From assembly GCA_964016885.1 (NCBI GenBank), contig OZ024741.1, forward strand, positions 109,244,001 to 109,308,000: DNA of 64,000 bases, written 5' to 3'. The stretch is from Eledone cirrhosa (taxonomy: Eukaryota). The position numbers and the translations under genes were made by a program. Below the pieces are notes generated by a model. That model made no database searches. It saw only the letters and a list, made by a program, of their open reading frames with translations, and had not been told where the DNA came from. Positions within the stretch are counted from its first letter, which is position 1, and each line of letters opens with the position of its first letter. Positions 25,841 to 40,289 of the stretch are shown in pieces.

Positions 25841-26879
25841 AATCTTCTATACACAATCATGGCAGAAAATGTAGGGCACCTGACTAGAATAACTTCCAGC
25901 ATTTATATTCTTCTCAGATGTAGTTTCGAATTCCATTGAAGTGGGAGTATACTTTTTTTATTCTTCAACATTCGATAAATTAAAAAAAAAAAAACAATAT
26001 TGTACCTTCAAAACTTTAATCGAATGAAGCAAAATCGTGTTATACCGCAGAATAAGGATTGTGGAATATTGAAATCGATAAAGCGCGGAATTAAATGTCA
26101 CACTATATTTAGTTATATTTCTTTAGCCCTACTAATGTTGGTAAAATAAGTACTGAGTATGTATAGGGAAACGGAATCAGGATAGCCGAAATTTTAAGCA
26201 GTTCCCTTCACAAAATTGAAAGTCGGGATTCGGTTTTACAGCATGGCGTCATAAAATATGTTGTTTATCATAGCTTCGGGTTGAACCAAACAGTGTAAGT
26301 TAAATTAAGAAGAGAAAAACTACATGGAATCTTGTTGGAAAAACTGTGCCTGCAATTCTGAAGGCCAGTTTTGTCGCACTATTTCATGCTGAATCTCCCT
26401 AAGAATTTAGGTTAAGTTACATGATTGTGTGGAATATTCATCCCACTTATTTGTTAATTTAACGAGTAGGCCACTCCGTTGGCCGAACAAATGAAACATT
26501 CACCGTCGAAATTGACGGAGATACTTTTATCTCTTTATTTGTATTGGGGGATTATTCAATTACCCAAGTGCATTGCTACTACCAAGGATAGAAATCAATA
26601 ATTTACTCAAATAAGCTGAAATATTTTGATGAGACTGGCGTAGAAGAGGACGATGATATTATACCGAAGAAAATATCTAAGACATTTGGTTTGTGCCAAT
26701 AAAATACCGCCAGTGAAATAGCGACAATCACTTTGTGCCAATGAAATGTCAACAATCTACTTGAGGGAAAAAATAAGCCACCAGTTTCTTGATGACACTA
26801 AAATGTCCAACTTTGGTCGATTCCAACAATACTGAAATATTCATTCTATTCCAAGGAAATATCGCTAGACAGCTTGCTT

Positions 26880-27350
26880 TCAGTTACTCCACCTATAACC
26901 AGACAGTTGATCAACACACAAATAGTTATTAGGTTAACACAGTAGTTACTATAACAACAAACAATCAATTACTATGGCAACATACATCCCGTTATTATGG
27001 CAGCACACCTCTAGTTACGATGGCAACACGCAAATAATTATTTTGGCAACATACAACCAGTTACTATGGTAATATAAAACCTGTAACTACAGCCACACAC
27101 AATCAGTTACTATGACAACACAATACCAGTTACTATAGCTACACACAACCAGTTACTATAGCAACCCATAACTAGTTACTATAGCAACACAACCAGTTAC
27201 TATAACTACACACAAGTTACTATAGTTACACAACCAGTTACTAGAGCAACATATAACTAGTTACTATAGCTACACGCAAGTTACTATAGCTGCACACAAC
27301 CAGTTACTAGGGCAACACATAACCAGTTACTATAGCTACACACAAGTTAC
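26880..27350. repeat. ~20-23-bp minisatellite (ACACAACCAGTTACTATAGC)
   Basis: About 20 diverged units, more homogeneous towards the 3' side. Confidence 0.88.
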
Positions 27351-27524
27351 ATAATATCATTGTTCGATATTGGATAAACACTGTCGAATAATCAGTGCTC
27401 TTGATGCTTATATTGCACTGAATTTATGGAATCTCTTTAAGTCTTTTCGAAATCCAAAATCTTCTCTTGTGCTGCTGAAAGAAGGAACAGTGACAAAGTA
27501 ATATAGATAAGACAACCTCTCTAA

Positions 27525-27805
27525 GGTTAATAATGATTTCTACTATAGGCACAAGGCTAGTAATTTGCGGGGGGAGGGGGGTCCGATTAAATCTACTCCT
27601 GTACATAACTGGTACTTTATTTTATCGACTCCGTGAGGATGAAAGGCAAAGTTAACCATGGCGAGATTTGAACTCTAAGGTTAATAATTGTTTCTACTTT
27701 TGGCACAAGGCCAGCAATTATCTCAGTGTATTACTGGTATTTTATTTTATCGACCCCGTAAGGATGAAAGGCAAAGTTAACCTCGGTGGGATTTGAACTC
27801 AGACC
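27525..27805 (-). mobile_element. Two tandem SINE copies
   Basis: Reverse complement of the 11598 family. Another minus copy lies at ~33560-33740. Confidence 0.8.
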
Positions 27806-28485
27806 GAGGTTAACTTACGAGGTCGATAATGTACACTTGTTAGCGTGGTTAATGATAGTAAAGGCAACCAGCCGTGAAAGCTGTGCCAAATTTAGAGAAC
27901 ACATGTGTGTGACGCGTTCTACGCTTCGTCTTGAAGTCCAGTAACTCCGAATATGAACCAAGTTGGACCGTGTTACAATATAACATACAGATATACCACT
28001 ACACGCAGAGGTGAAGAAAATTATTCTGGTTGCGTCCTATAAACTTCCGCTTGGAACATTTACATTTAACACGAATTTACATAGGATTTTAATAGTAATT
28101 TCCATTTGAATATTAAGTAGTTTAAAATAATGATACTAGTTCTGGATATATTCCGATGAAGTCGTAAAAATTGGCAAGTCAATCTAATGGTACGTGATAA
28201 TTTTCAATCGCTTTCTGTTAAGGCGAAAATAAATCTGAAATGGTTGTTAAAAATATTGCACAATATTGGTGTTAAATAGTTTTGTGGTTTTTCTAATGCA
28301 TGCGGAGTAAAGATAAATGTTTTGGGTAATTATAGTTTCCTATAATCAATAAATTGCACTCTATTTACATCCCCAATGGTTAAACGGTTGTAATCAATAA
28401 ATCATCTGAAAATTGGCAAAACCCAAGCTTGAGCTAACAACAAATACGTCTGCAAAAGCAACACTGAAGCAAGGTGAAGAAAGTA

Positions 28486-28517
<32 letters not shown>

Positions 28518-28689
28518 TGAGATTTCTATTTGATACAGTTTCGTCTGAATTCAGGATAAAAAATTAACCGGCAAGACTATATTAATTGTGGGGAGCATTT
28601 AGATAATAGCTGCTGAAATCCTGTTTAATTAGCATTACATTTGAAGACAACTTCGGACTGTTTATTAAATAACAAAATCAGGTATAACA

Positions 28690-28968
28690 TACTTTTTTAT
28701 ATCTGTCTCTAAGCCATCAGGTCAATGCGTATTCCTGTTTCCTCGACGTTAAACGAATGAGTGTACAAGACTACACGCTGAACATGATGCCAGTCCATCG
28801 CAGAGTTAGCTCCCATCAACTGCTGTTACTCATTTTCAGCTGAATGTAATGGAGCAACTTGAAATATAGTGTTTTGCTCGAGAACTCAACGTATCACTCA
28901 GTCTAGGAACTGAACCCACGACATGAATATCGTAAGTCCAACACACTAACCACTAGGCCACGCACCTT
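28690..28968 (-). mobile_element. Second tRNA-derived SINE family (CORE-like)
   Basis: Minus strand GCGTGGCCTAGTGGTTAG (A box) ... GGGTTCAGTTCC (B box) ... TCGAGCAAAACACT...CAGCTGAAAATGAGTAAC. Confidence 0.6.
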
Positions 28969-29453
28969 CAGAAAATTGCAGAAAATTCCAAAAACCCCGT
29001 ACAAAATATCATAGCTAAATATATGCAACAATTTTCTAGAGTTCAATATATGACACCATTTCATTATATCCAGTGATGGATCTTTGTTTCCTAGTTAGAA
29101 ACTAACTTCTTCCTTACTGGAGGAATTCAAATAATTAGTAGCGGACAGAATGACGCATGTATACTCATAGGCAGACATACATACGCACATACCTGTAGGC
29201 TCACATGCGTACTTAAGCACACACAAACATGTATGCAAACACGCAGGAATATATACACGCATATATATGAATATGCACACATACCTACATACATATATCC
29301 AAATATTCATACATACATGAATATATATGAACATACATAAATTAAAACATAAATAGTACAGCATACATACATATATACATATATACATACACACATACAT
29401 ACATGCATACACACACATAGATACATACATACATACATACATACATACATACA

Positions 29454-29485
<32 letters not shown>

Positions 29486-29784
29486 GTTAGGAAACTACAA
29501 GTACAATCCATTAATGGAACAGTAAAAATATGTAAAACATTCCAAAAATGTTGCATCTAATAACTGCATATACACATGTACAGATACAAAGCATATACAC
29601 ATGCACACATACAACTCAAAACATCCACATCCACACATACAATAACATCTATATCTACACATGCATGCATACATATATATCTACCTAGTTGATCTTGTGT
29701 AAATTCCAATGAGAGAGTCTTGTGTCTGTGTTGGAAACCGACTCTCTCTATTGGTAAAACTTTGTGAAATTATAAAACCAGAAG

Positions 29785-29830
<46 letters not shown>

Positions 29831-30639
29831 TACATACATACATACATACATACATACATACATACATACACACATACATACATACATACATACATACATA
29901 CATACATACATACATACATACATACATACATACATACATACATACATACATACATACATACATACATACATACATACATACATACATACATACATACATA
30001 CGGCAATTGTGGTGCCATAAAGGACTGGAATTTCCTTACAGTTAACTATCAGCGTACTGAATTCGTTCATAACTTCATTTCCGTTGCTAAATTATATCCC
30101 GAAGACAATATAAGTCTATATTGCTGACAGGAAGTTGTTGAGATATTTCGTAGCATATATATCTATATCTAGCTACTTGTCTACACCAGGGCCTGATTTA
30201 TAGAGGGGCAGACGGGGCATTTGCCCCAGGATCCCCAGCTGTACGAGGCCCTATCGACAGGTCTAGGGCTTAATAAGATATATGTGTCCTGGGTCTTTAA
30301 ACGTGTGCCCCCCCCCCCTCCGATCGGCTTTTTTGTTTTATCTTTTAATCACATCAGAACACTATTTTTAACAAATAGTACTTAATATCAATCCAATGTT
30401 TTATGGCGTATATGGTGTATATGTGTATGTATGCATGTGTGTTTATGGGTGTATTTATAAATATATATATATATGTATGTCTATGTGCGTGCGTGTGTGT
30501 ATGTGTGTGTGTCTCTCTGTGTGTGTATGTACTTGTGTGTGTTATTAATTATATAAGATACACGATATTAAATTAGTGGGTTCGATTCCTGACAATGAAA
30601 TTGTTCTTATTACTAATAATTCATAGTCAGTAGAATAAT

Positions 30640-31474
30640 AATATTCCTATCTATCTAGGGCGGGTAAAATTCCCGAGATCCATGGACGAGTTCTCTCCAG
30701 CGGTCTCTGTCCCTCATTATCGCTGCCATGTCCTGCGTCTCTAAAAGACCAGTCTGTCCTTAGGGCATCAACATATGTTAACCTCAGTCTTCCTCTTCCA
30801 GTGTGTCCATGCAGGGGATCCCACAGGAGCACTGAGTGCAGTGTCAACTCTGGATGACGGTGAGCATGTCCAGCTAACCTCAGTCTCCTCTGTGTCACTT
30901 TTGAGCTGACTTTTGGGAGGCTCCCGTACAGCTCTGAGTTCTTCATTCTCAGTGTATACTGATTAATGTTCAGAGCCATCCTCGGCATTCTCGTGTAGCA
31001 CCCATCCACCATCTGAGTGAGTTTCTTGGTCAGTGTCCAAGTCTCAGACTCGTACAGCAGCACAGACTCCACTACAGCAACGAAGAGGCGGATCTTCAGG
31101 TGTTTACGAAGGTCCAACTTCCACACCGATCTCAAGCTTTACTGTAACACCGGCTCAGAGCAGGAGAGTTAAGGCGAGAAAGATAACGGATTCTGAATTT
31201 GCCGACGACATAGTTTTGGTGACAAACACAGTGAATGAGGCAGAGGATTTGATGTAGGAGGTGGAGACTGTGTCGATGAGTGTGGGGCTGAGAATGAATG
31301 AGATTAAGACAAAATATCTGGTAGAGAATATTAAGAAACCAGAGAAGATTACTAATGTAGGCGGGAAGCCGCTAGAATTGGTTGAGGACTTCCTGTATTT
31401 GTGAGCAAAAATTTGGAATACGGAAGATGATGTGGTCGAGAGGAAGAGCAAAGCTTGGGCGGCATGCCACAGCT
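30640..31474 (-). mobile_element. RTE-clade LINE 3' fragment with an inverted 5' half
   Basis: Minus 30647-31138 encodes LRSVWK..KIRLF..VESVLLY.SETW..RRLRLAGH. Plus 31141-31474 encodes the immediately upstream RT part, EFADDI...GLRMN..KTK..VEDFLYL...AWAACHS. Confidence 0.88.
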
Positions 31475-31569
31475 AATAACATTTAGTGAGTCCAAATGGG
31501 CATTTCTATGGTAAGACGAGGAAATCTGGCACCCTGACACGAAAAGTTAAACTTAATAGTGGCTCTAGA

Positions 31570-31800
31570 TTCGGATGAGAACTACAAGTATCTCAGGCAG
31601 AATGAGAATATCACGTATGATGGAACCACAGTTAAAGAGAGGATTAGAATTGAAAACCTGAAAATTATGAAGAAAATATTGTCATCAGAACACTCAGCCT
31701 ACAACAAGCATATCATTCACAACACCTGAGTAAAGCTTATCATAAGACTCATACACGGTCTTCCGAACTGACCTCTACAAGAATTTAACAAAATGGATGT
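31570..31800 (+). pseudogene. R4/Dong-like RT thumb fragment
   Basis: Manual translation: DENYKYLRQNENITYDGTTVKERIRIENLKIMKKILSSEHSAYNKHIIHN. Confidence 0.6.
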
Positions 31801-32157
31801 AAGTATTTGAGCATATCACAGACGCGTCTACTCTTAACGTAATTCGCAGCGAGATTCAGCGTGACACAGTACGTGACTTGGCTGGTCCTTTGAATTACAT
31901 GTACTGTTCATGAGATGTGACGCACTGCGGGACTAAATACAGAACCAAGTGGTTGCGAGAGGTGATATGTTTATGACATAGCACCATATTCATTCATTTC
32001 ACACTACTTTTAAAAATCAGGAAATTGTGAAACTGCTTAAGTTAATCTAAATAAATCTTAAAGACTCTACGTGCATTTTCAATTTCTTTTCTCTTTACTT
32101 TCACACTTCCACCCATGTGAAAAACATCACACACACACACACACATATATATATATA

Positions 32158-33040
32158 CGAGGGGGGTCAGAAAAGTTCCAGGACTGATGTCACAAAAGAT
32201 TTATTTCAAACCCAAACTTCACACTAAGAGTTTTCTCCTTCAAAGTAATCCCCCTGGAGTCTAATGCACTTTTCCATCCTTTTCTGCCACGCTTGCATGC
32301 ACTCATGGAAGGATTCTTCCGGGATCCTCCGCAGTTCCGTCGTCACGGCCTTTTTGATATCGTCCACGTCTTCAAAACGGGTCCCCTCCGGGTCGTACTC
32401 GAAGATCCATGACTCATCACCGGTGATGACTGTCCCTAGCAAGTCTGGTTCGGTTTCAAGACACTCGAGGATGTCCTGGCACACTTGCATGCGTCATCGT
32501 TCAGCAGTTTTGGCACCATCTTCGCGTAGACTTTCCGCATGTCCAAATCTTCAGTGAGAATCTTCCAGACGCTGTCCCGATTCATGCCCAGGTTATTTGC
32601 CATCAGTCGAAAAGTCAGCCGACGATTGCTACGCACCACCTACCTGACGCGCTCAACGTTAACCTCAGTCCTGGTTGTTGAGGGCCTTCCGCTCCTGGGC
32701 TCATCTTCCACGTCCTCGCGTCATTCTATAAACCTCTTGCACCACTCAAAAACACGTTAGCGTGGCATCGTCTCATCTCCATACACTTGCTGCAGCAATC
32801 CCAGTGCTTCTGACGGAGTTTTCAAGTTTGTTCGTTGCTCTGTGCTCATTGCTTGACGACCTGAAACAGAAGACATGTATATAAAATTATGAAGAAAAAA
32901 GTTTTATCGCTGCAGAGAGCTAAGATTACAGTTACATACTCCAGGGGGATTACTTTGAAGGAGAAAACTCTCAGTGTGAAGTTTGGGTTTGAAATAAATC
33001 TTTTATGACATCAGTCCTGGAACTTTTCTGACACACCTCG
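32158..33040 (-). mobile_element. Internally deleted mariner element with 103-bp TIRs and TA TSD
   Basis: TIRs 32158-32260 / 32938-33040. Transposase remnants: PRSGRPST, MRKVYAKMVPK, ITGDESWIFEYDPE fused to GTRFED..., and GDYFEG. Confidence 0.93.
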
Positions 33041-33858
33041 TATATATATATGTACTAACGTGTCTTGTAAAACCTTATATGTTTATCCTTCTTATAGAGT
33101 TTTCTCTGCACAAATGAGTGAGTTTTATTTTCTTATTTTGTATTTAAATTGAATAGAATTATTTGTTATTATTTACAAAAGGATGTAGACATGAAATATC
33201 TATTTAACATAAATATTTGATAGAAATGGTTCTATTACGGTTTTAGTTATTTTGCAAATATTGCATGTATAGCGAAATCGTTGCTGTGCTAAATTTTCTG
33301 TTTTCTATAGTTACTGAAGATGTGTCTATTAATCGTTATGTAAAGAAAAATACGCGTATATTTAAAGAGAACATTAAAAGACGTCAGGTTTCTTCATTTA
33401 GTCTATGAGAGAAATTACAGTAGGTTGGTGAAAAGAAGTGTTACATTGTAGAATCACCTGTATCTGCTTTAACAGAGCTTTTTCTGACACTGAAACCTCC
33501 AATGTTTAGACAGAGGCTAAACCCCAGTCAAAGCCGCCGTCTCTTTCTGCGTGTGTTTAGTTAATAATTGTTTCTACTTTTTGCACAAGGCCAGCAATTA
33601 CCCAGTGTATTACTGGTACTTTATTTTATCGACCCCGTAATGATGAAAGGCAGTATTTGAACACAAATCATAAAGGGAGGTAACTCTATGCTGCAAAGCA
33701 TGGCGTCCGACCCTCTACCGATACTGCCAATCCACCTGTGTTTAGTTAATAATGTGTTCCAGTCTGGGGTAGAGGAGAAACCTATTAAATCGCCCACATA
33801 CATACGTACATACATACATACATACATACATACATACATACATACATACATACATACA

Positions 33859-34165
33859 TGATGGCTGTCCCCTCGTTATCGAGTATGGCCATTGCATGAT
33901 ATAGCATTATTAATAATTATTAATTAATTCTATCGTGGAATGCCTGTGCGTGAAGATATTTTTTAAAGTGAGGAAAGACTGTGCACTGAGCCAATCCCAC
34001 TCTCTGAGCGACAGTAGCTATAACCCGAAAAGAAGAAAAGATCAATATCATCGGTAAATACTGAGCCACAGGTTTTGTGTCGGAGTTATCCCAGTTTCAT
34101 AAGTTGCCTTCTCCTAGAAGAATGCCCTGACAAAGGCTAGGGGTCCTTCACTCCCAGTGGTTTAA
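33859..34165 (-). mobile_element. Related short RTE-derived bipartite element
   Basis: Shares CCTTCTCCTAGA...TGACAAAGGCTA.GGG and the TCGAGTA.GGCCA 3' motif with 34584-35191; follows (TACA)n. Confidence 0.55.
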
Positions 34166-34583
34166 CCGCGCGGTACATGTGTATATACATATTTACACAC
34201 TTTTGGATTGTCGTTAACTCTTATGAGTTCTTCCGCCCTTCCATACATACATACATACATACATACATACATGGTGGCTGCCAACTCGTTTTCGAGTACG
34301 GCCACTACTTTATATCCATGTAGGAGAACCCCTACCGATGGGCTGAACGAGTGTGACATTTTAGTCCAGCCAGCGACTTGAAAACTCTGGTACAAACACT
34401 ACACTTGCGACAATTATTGACACATAGTGCTGGGCCCATGGTACCATGTGACGACAAGTGCAGAGAGATCTCCAGATATAAAGCAATGCCTGTGCCGTGA
34501 AGCTTTTATACATACATACATGCATACATACATACATACATACATACATACATACATACATACATACATACATACATACATAC

Positions 34584-35191
34584 ATGGTGGCTGCCAACTC
34601 GTTTTCGAGTACGGCCACTACTTTATATCCATGTAGGAGAACCCCTACCGATGCGCTGAACGAGTGTGACTTTTTAGTCCAGCCAGCGACTTGAAAACTC
34701 TGGTACAAACACTACACTTGTGACAATTATTGACATAGTGTTGGGCCCATGGTACCATGTGACGACAAGTGCAGAGAGATCTCCAGATATAAAGCAATGC
34801 CTGTGCCGTGAAGCTTTTATAGTGAGCAAAGGCACTGCACAAAGCCAGTCCCACTCTCTTAACCATGATGATATTTACCAAAAAGAAGAACAAGTCAACA
34901 TCATTGGATACCATCAGGGTTGCAGGTGTTATATCAGAGTTTTCCTTCTCCTAGAATTCTGCCTTGACAAAGGCTAAGGGGTCATCTCTCCCGGTGATTT
35001 TGGATGGCCATTGACTCTTAAGAGCTCCTTTGCCCTTTGACAGGTTTTGTTTTTAGTCCTGCAGGATGTCCAAAGTCACCCTCCTCACCAAGAAACCTTA
35101 GTGGGGTTGCCAGTTTAGTCGCCAACGACCCGACCATGAGACAGGTTGTACTGGGATACATGTTACCAGTAGCACCAACTGGTGACCTGAC
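34584..35191 (-). mobile_element. ~610-bp non-autonomous bipartite RTE-derived retroelement (partial tandem copy at 34272-34508)
   Basis: Near-identical to 40290-40899. Carries the RTE-type 5' motif CTAGGAGAAGGAAAACTCTG and a 3' C2H2 remnant CSVCTRVFKSLAGLKSHTRSAH; flanked by (TACA)n. Confidence 0.8.
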
Positions 35192-37088
35192 ATACATACA
35201 TACATACATACATACATACATACATACATACATACATACATACATACATACATACTGTATATATCTGATAAATAAAAGGAAATCTGTTTATCTTTCAATT
35301 GCTGATACTGGGGTTTGACCAAACACAATTTAGCATGATAACCTCGACGGTATACATGTTCTCAAAGTGTCTGATGTATCTTATTATATATGTCTATACA
35401 TAAACAGACTCATTAACTGCTCAATGAACACAACCACAAGAATATGGTCCGAACGTGGAAGAGCCGATCTTCCAATACTATCTGCCGCTCCTCACTGTCA
35501 TCTGTAGATTCTTGAATTATTTCCTTTACACGATATTCACTATGTACAAAAACTGAAGTAAATACTAGATATATTACCTGAGCTAAATATTTTTGTTGCT
35601 GGGGAAAAGTTTGACTTCAAAATTTTACCATAATAGATACACCGTCATGCGCTATTTCTTTTTCACAATGTTAATGGCATTCACCCTGCCAATGCGTCCC
35701 AACACTTTAATCATTGCCAGTTACCAATATTTTGTTTCAAATGTACATTAATATTCTACAATTTTGGATGGATAATATGTATTCAACCAAAATTTCAGAA
35801 TGGATGCATATTCCGTTCCCGACTACTACCTGTCACATTGTCGTGTCCTCGTGGACTAAACTGGTGACATTAGCAAGCTTGCTTGGTGAAGAATGTGAGT
35901 GGTATACACACTGCGAGATGAAAAACTAGACAGTCAAAAGGCGAAGGAACTCAGTTGAATCGACGGCCATCTAATACGAGTAGACAGCTTGTTAGCTTTA
36001 GTTGGTAGTATGCCTAGAAGAAAGGTCAGTGATTTCAAAGACGAGGTAGACGGAACTCATTAGTCACCGTGGTGACAACCTTTCAAGAGGCCAACAGCTT
36101 CATATTTGTGATGTAGGCGGGTGAGCAATGAGAATGGGATCTCTCTTCATACTCAACAAATGTCATGCAAAATCGATTTTCTTGTAAAGTTATGTATTAA
36201 CTCAGATTATTTTTTCATGGAAGTGACTAACAATTTTTGATGTCCGGTGTCATGTGCTAAGAACATACTATTTGTTTTTAGATAGGCTTTCTTGAATAAA
36301 TATGCTTCAGGTAACGGTTCTAAAACTAAAGTTACCAGAGCCAGCAATATTTGCAATTTCTACTTTAGTAGGTATTGAAATAAGAAATAAAGTTAAGGAT
36401 TGTGTCTTTATGCTTCCTTCACACCAATGTCACTAATGTTATGAACTGTTTTTAGGTGAACCGTTAGTGAAATAGTAGAACAACCACAGCACGTTAAGCA
36501 CCCAGCTTCCACCCCATCTATTGTACTAAAATAGTTCCAAGCCTTTTAATTTCTGACATAGTATGAAAGGGATATCTTTAGCTGTTACTAAATAATTTAT
36601 TAATAGAATAAACGATATGAAAAAATTATTTTTATTTTAATTGAATAATGTATGTAATACTATAATTGCTTCTACTTTAGGCACAAGGCTAGCAATTAGC
36701 CAGTGCATTACTATGTAATACTATAATGGCGGAAAAACGGAAACAGTAGAAAACAATGAGAACATTAAAAGAATAAATGTAAAACAAACCGTTTGTATGT
36801 TTAGTTTATGATAAATTACATTAAAATTGTTTTATAATTATATGAAATTATGTTAATTAAACATAATTATATGAAATTATGTTAATTAAACATTAACGTT
36901 ATGATCAGCCCACTGATTCTAATAGTGAACCTTACGCCTTTAGAAGACCTTGGAGAATTAAGCATGTCGCTTGAAAAGAGAATGAAGTTTGAAACCTGTG
37001 GTGGTGAATTGGAAGCTCGTTTATCCTGTAGAACTTGTTATTTTGGTTTTATTTCGGGAGCAGTTTTTGAAGATCAAATTCTCTCTCC

Positions 37089-37126
<38 letters not shown>

Positions 37127-37128
37127 CC

Positions 37129-37208
<80 letters not shown>

Positions 37209-37621
37209 TTTCTTTTCTTTTCATCATTAAAAATGCTTTCTCTCGCGTCGGGAATTTTTTAGATATGCTTGTCATTTGCTTCGCTAAACCCAAACTAGAT
37301 GAATGCCTTTCAGCTTTTCTCACACCAAATTCTGTCATACAAACGAGTGAAAATATATAAATAGATGGCAAAAAGAGTATCAATGTAAAGGAAGAAGAAA
37401 GACTGTTGGTGGAATGGACCAAGCGTCGTAGCAACAGTAGCCCTGAATTCTGTAATTTGTATCTGGCTATTCGTTTCGGTCGTGCTGTTAGTGACGGGGG
37501 TGGGGTGAGGGAGAGAGATAGAGAGTGGGGATAGAAAAAGAGGAAGGGAGAGAGATGGGAGAAAGAAAGAGATAAAGAAAAAGGTGAGAAGGGAAAGGAG
37601 AGAGAAAAAATATATATATAT

Positions 37622-37861
37622 ATAGTTATGTAATAAACAACATAAGGTAATTATTTCATTTACCAGTGGTTTCTTGAAAGCAAACACATTTTGCTTTCAA
37701 ACATCAGAATGAAAAAATCCTGGTGTATTTATTGACATTGGATTTTTAAAATAAATACACCAGGATTTTTTCATTCTGATGATTGAAAGCAAAATTTGTT
37801 TGCTTTCAAGAAACCACTGGTAAATGAAATAATTACCTTATGTTGTTTATTACATAACTAT
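37622..37861. mobile_element. 240-bp palindrome of two hammerhead-bearing units next to (TA)n
   Basis: Arms ~37622-37732 and ~37750-37861. Confidence 0.88.
37769..37829 (+). ncRNA. Type-I hammerhead with an intact core (mirror copy 37654-37714, minus, has A9>T)
   Basis: tttcatt-CTGATGA-ttgaaagcaaa(atttg)tttgctttcaa-GAAA-ccactgg-TA-aatgaaa; 7-bp stem I, 11-bp stem II, GUA cleavage triplet. Confidence 0.92.
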
Positions 37862-37925
37862 TAAGCTCTGTAACCTACATAGAGCACTCTTTTTTCCTGG
37901 ACCTTTCCGACGGAATTACATCATT

Positions 37926-39140
<1,215 letters not shown>

Positions 39141-39350
39141 ATGTATATATATATATATAACGAAGGAATTGTGGTAAGGAACCAGATGGACCATAACGCA
39201 CCAAAGTACTCAATACTTAGGGTAGTAGAGTGGGTAATAGGAACAAGTATGACCCCGACGGCAGAGCTCAAGCCGTTTCGACGGCTATTTCTTGACTCAT
39301 AAACAGCCGTCGAAACGGAAGCTCCAACCGGTAAGGTTGTCTTCTTTTCC

Positions 39351-39622
39351 GGGTATGTCAATATGTATTTATAAAACAAATCTGTATTTTATCTGATGAA
39401 GGCGCACCATAGTTTGCAAAATGCAACCATTCTGGTTGGAATCTCCTGGATATTCCAACCAGAATGGTGGATTTTTTAAGAGTATGTCAATATTTATTTA
39501 TAAAACTAACCTATATTATATTTTATCTGATGAAAGCGCACCATAGTTTGCCTTGGTTGCCTTTGAAATATGTATAATAAAATAAATATGGTTTTATAAA
39601 TATAGTTTCCATTTATTAATAT

Positions 39623-39700
<78 letters not shown>

Positions 39701-40060
39701 ATATTAACAAATGGAAACAATATTTATAAAACCATATTTATTTCATTATACATATTTCAAGGGCAACCAAGGCAAACTATGGTGCGCTTTCATCAGATAA
39801 AATATAATATAGGTTAGTTTTATAAATAAATATTGACATACTCTTAAAAAATCCACCATTCTGGTTGGAATATCCAGGAGATTCCAACCAGAATGGTTGC
39901 ATTTTTTAAGGGTATGTCAATATTTATTTATAAAACTAACCTATATTATATTTTATCTGATGAAAGCGCACCATAGTTTGCTCTGGTGGCCCTGGAAATA
40001 TGTATAATGAAATAAATATGGTTTTATAAATATTGTTTCCATTTGTTAATATATTGTATA
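39351..40060. mobile_element. Zig-zag array of a hammerhead-bearing unit (+ partial, +, (TA)n, -, +)
   Basis: HHR motifs attttat-CTGATGA...GAAA-tatgta-TA-at(a/g)aaat at 39520-39583 (+), 39740-39803 (-) and 39950-40013 (+). The hairpin junction CCATTCTGGTTGGAAT..ATTCCAACCAGAATGG is present twice. Confidence 0.8.
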
Positions 40061-40144
40061 ATTACTCCAATAATTTGTTGAGTGCTTTATACCAGTTATA
40101 TAAATATTGAGCTTGTTGTATCCCAACAAATTAAATATAACCTC

Positions 40145-40217
<73 letters not shown>

Positions 40218-40289
40218 ATATATATAAATGTGTGTATGTATACATATATATATATGTATGTGTGTATATATGTATATATATATATATAT

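Noticed and set aside
26880-27350. CRISPR-like array
   Set aside because: Contiguous tandem units with no unique spacers, no cas genes, and a eukaryotic context.
30187-30330. CAGGGCCTGATTTA...GGGGCA start resembling a hAT MITE end
   Set aside because: No matching second TIR or TSD was found.
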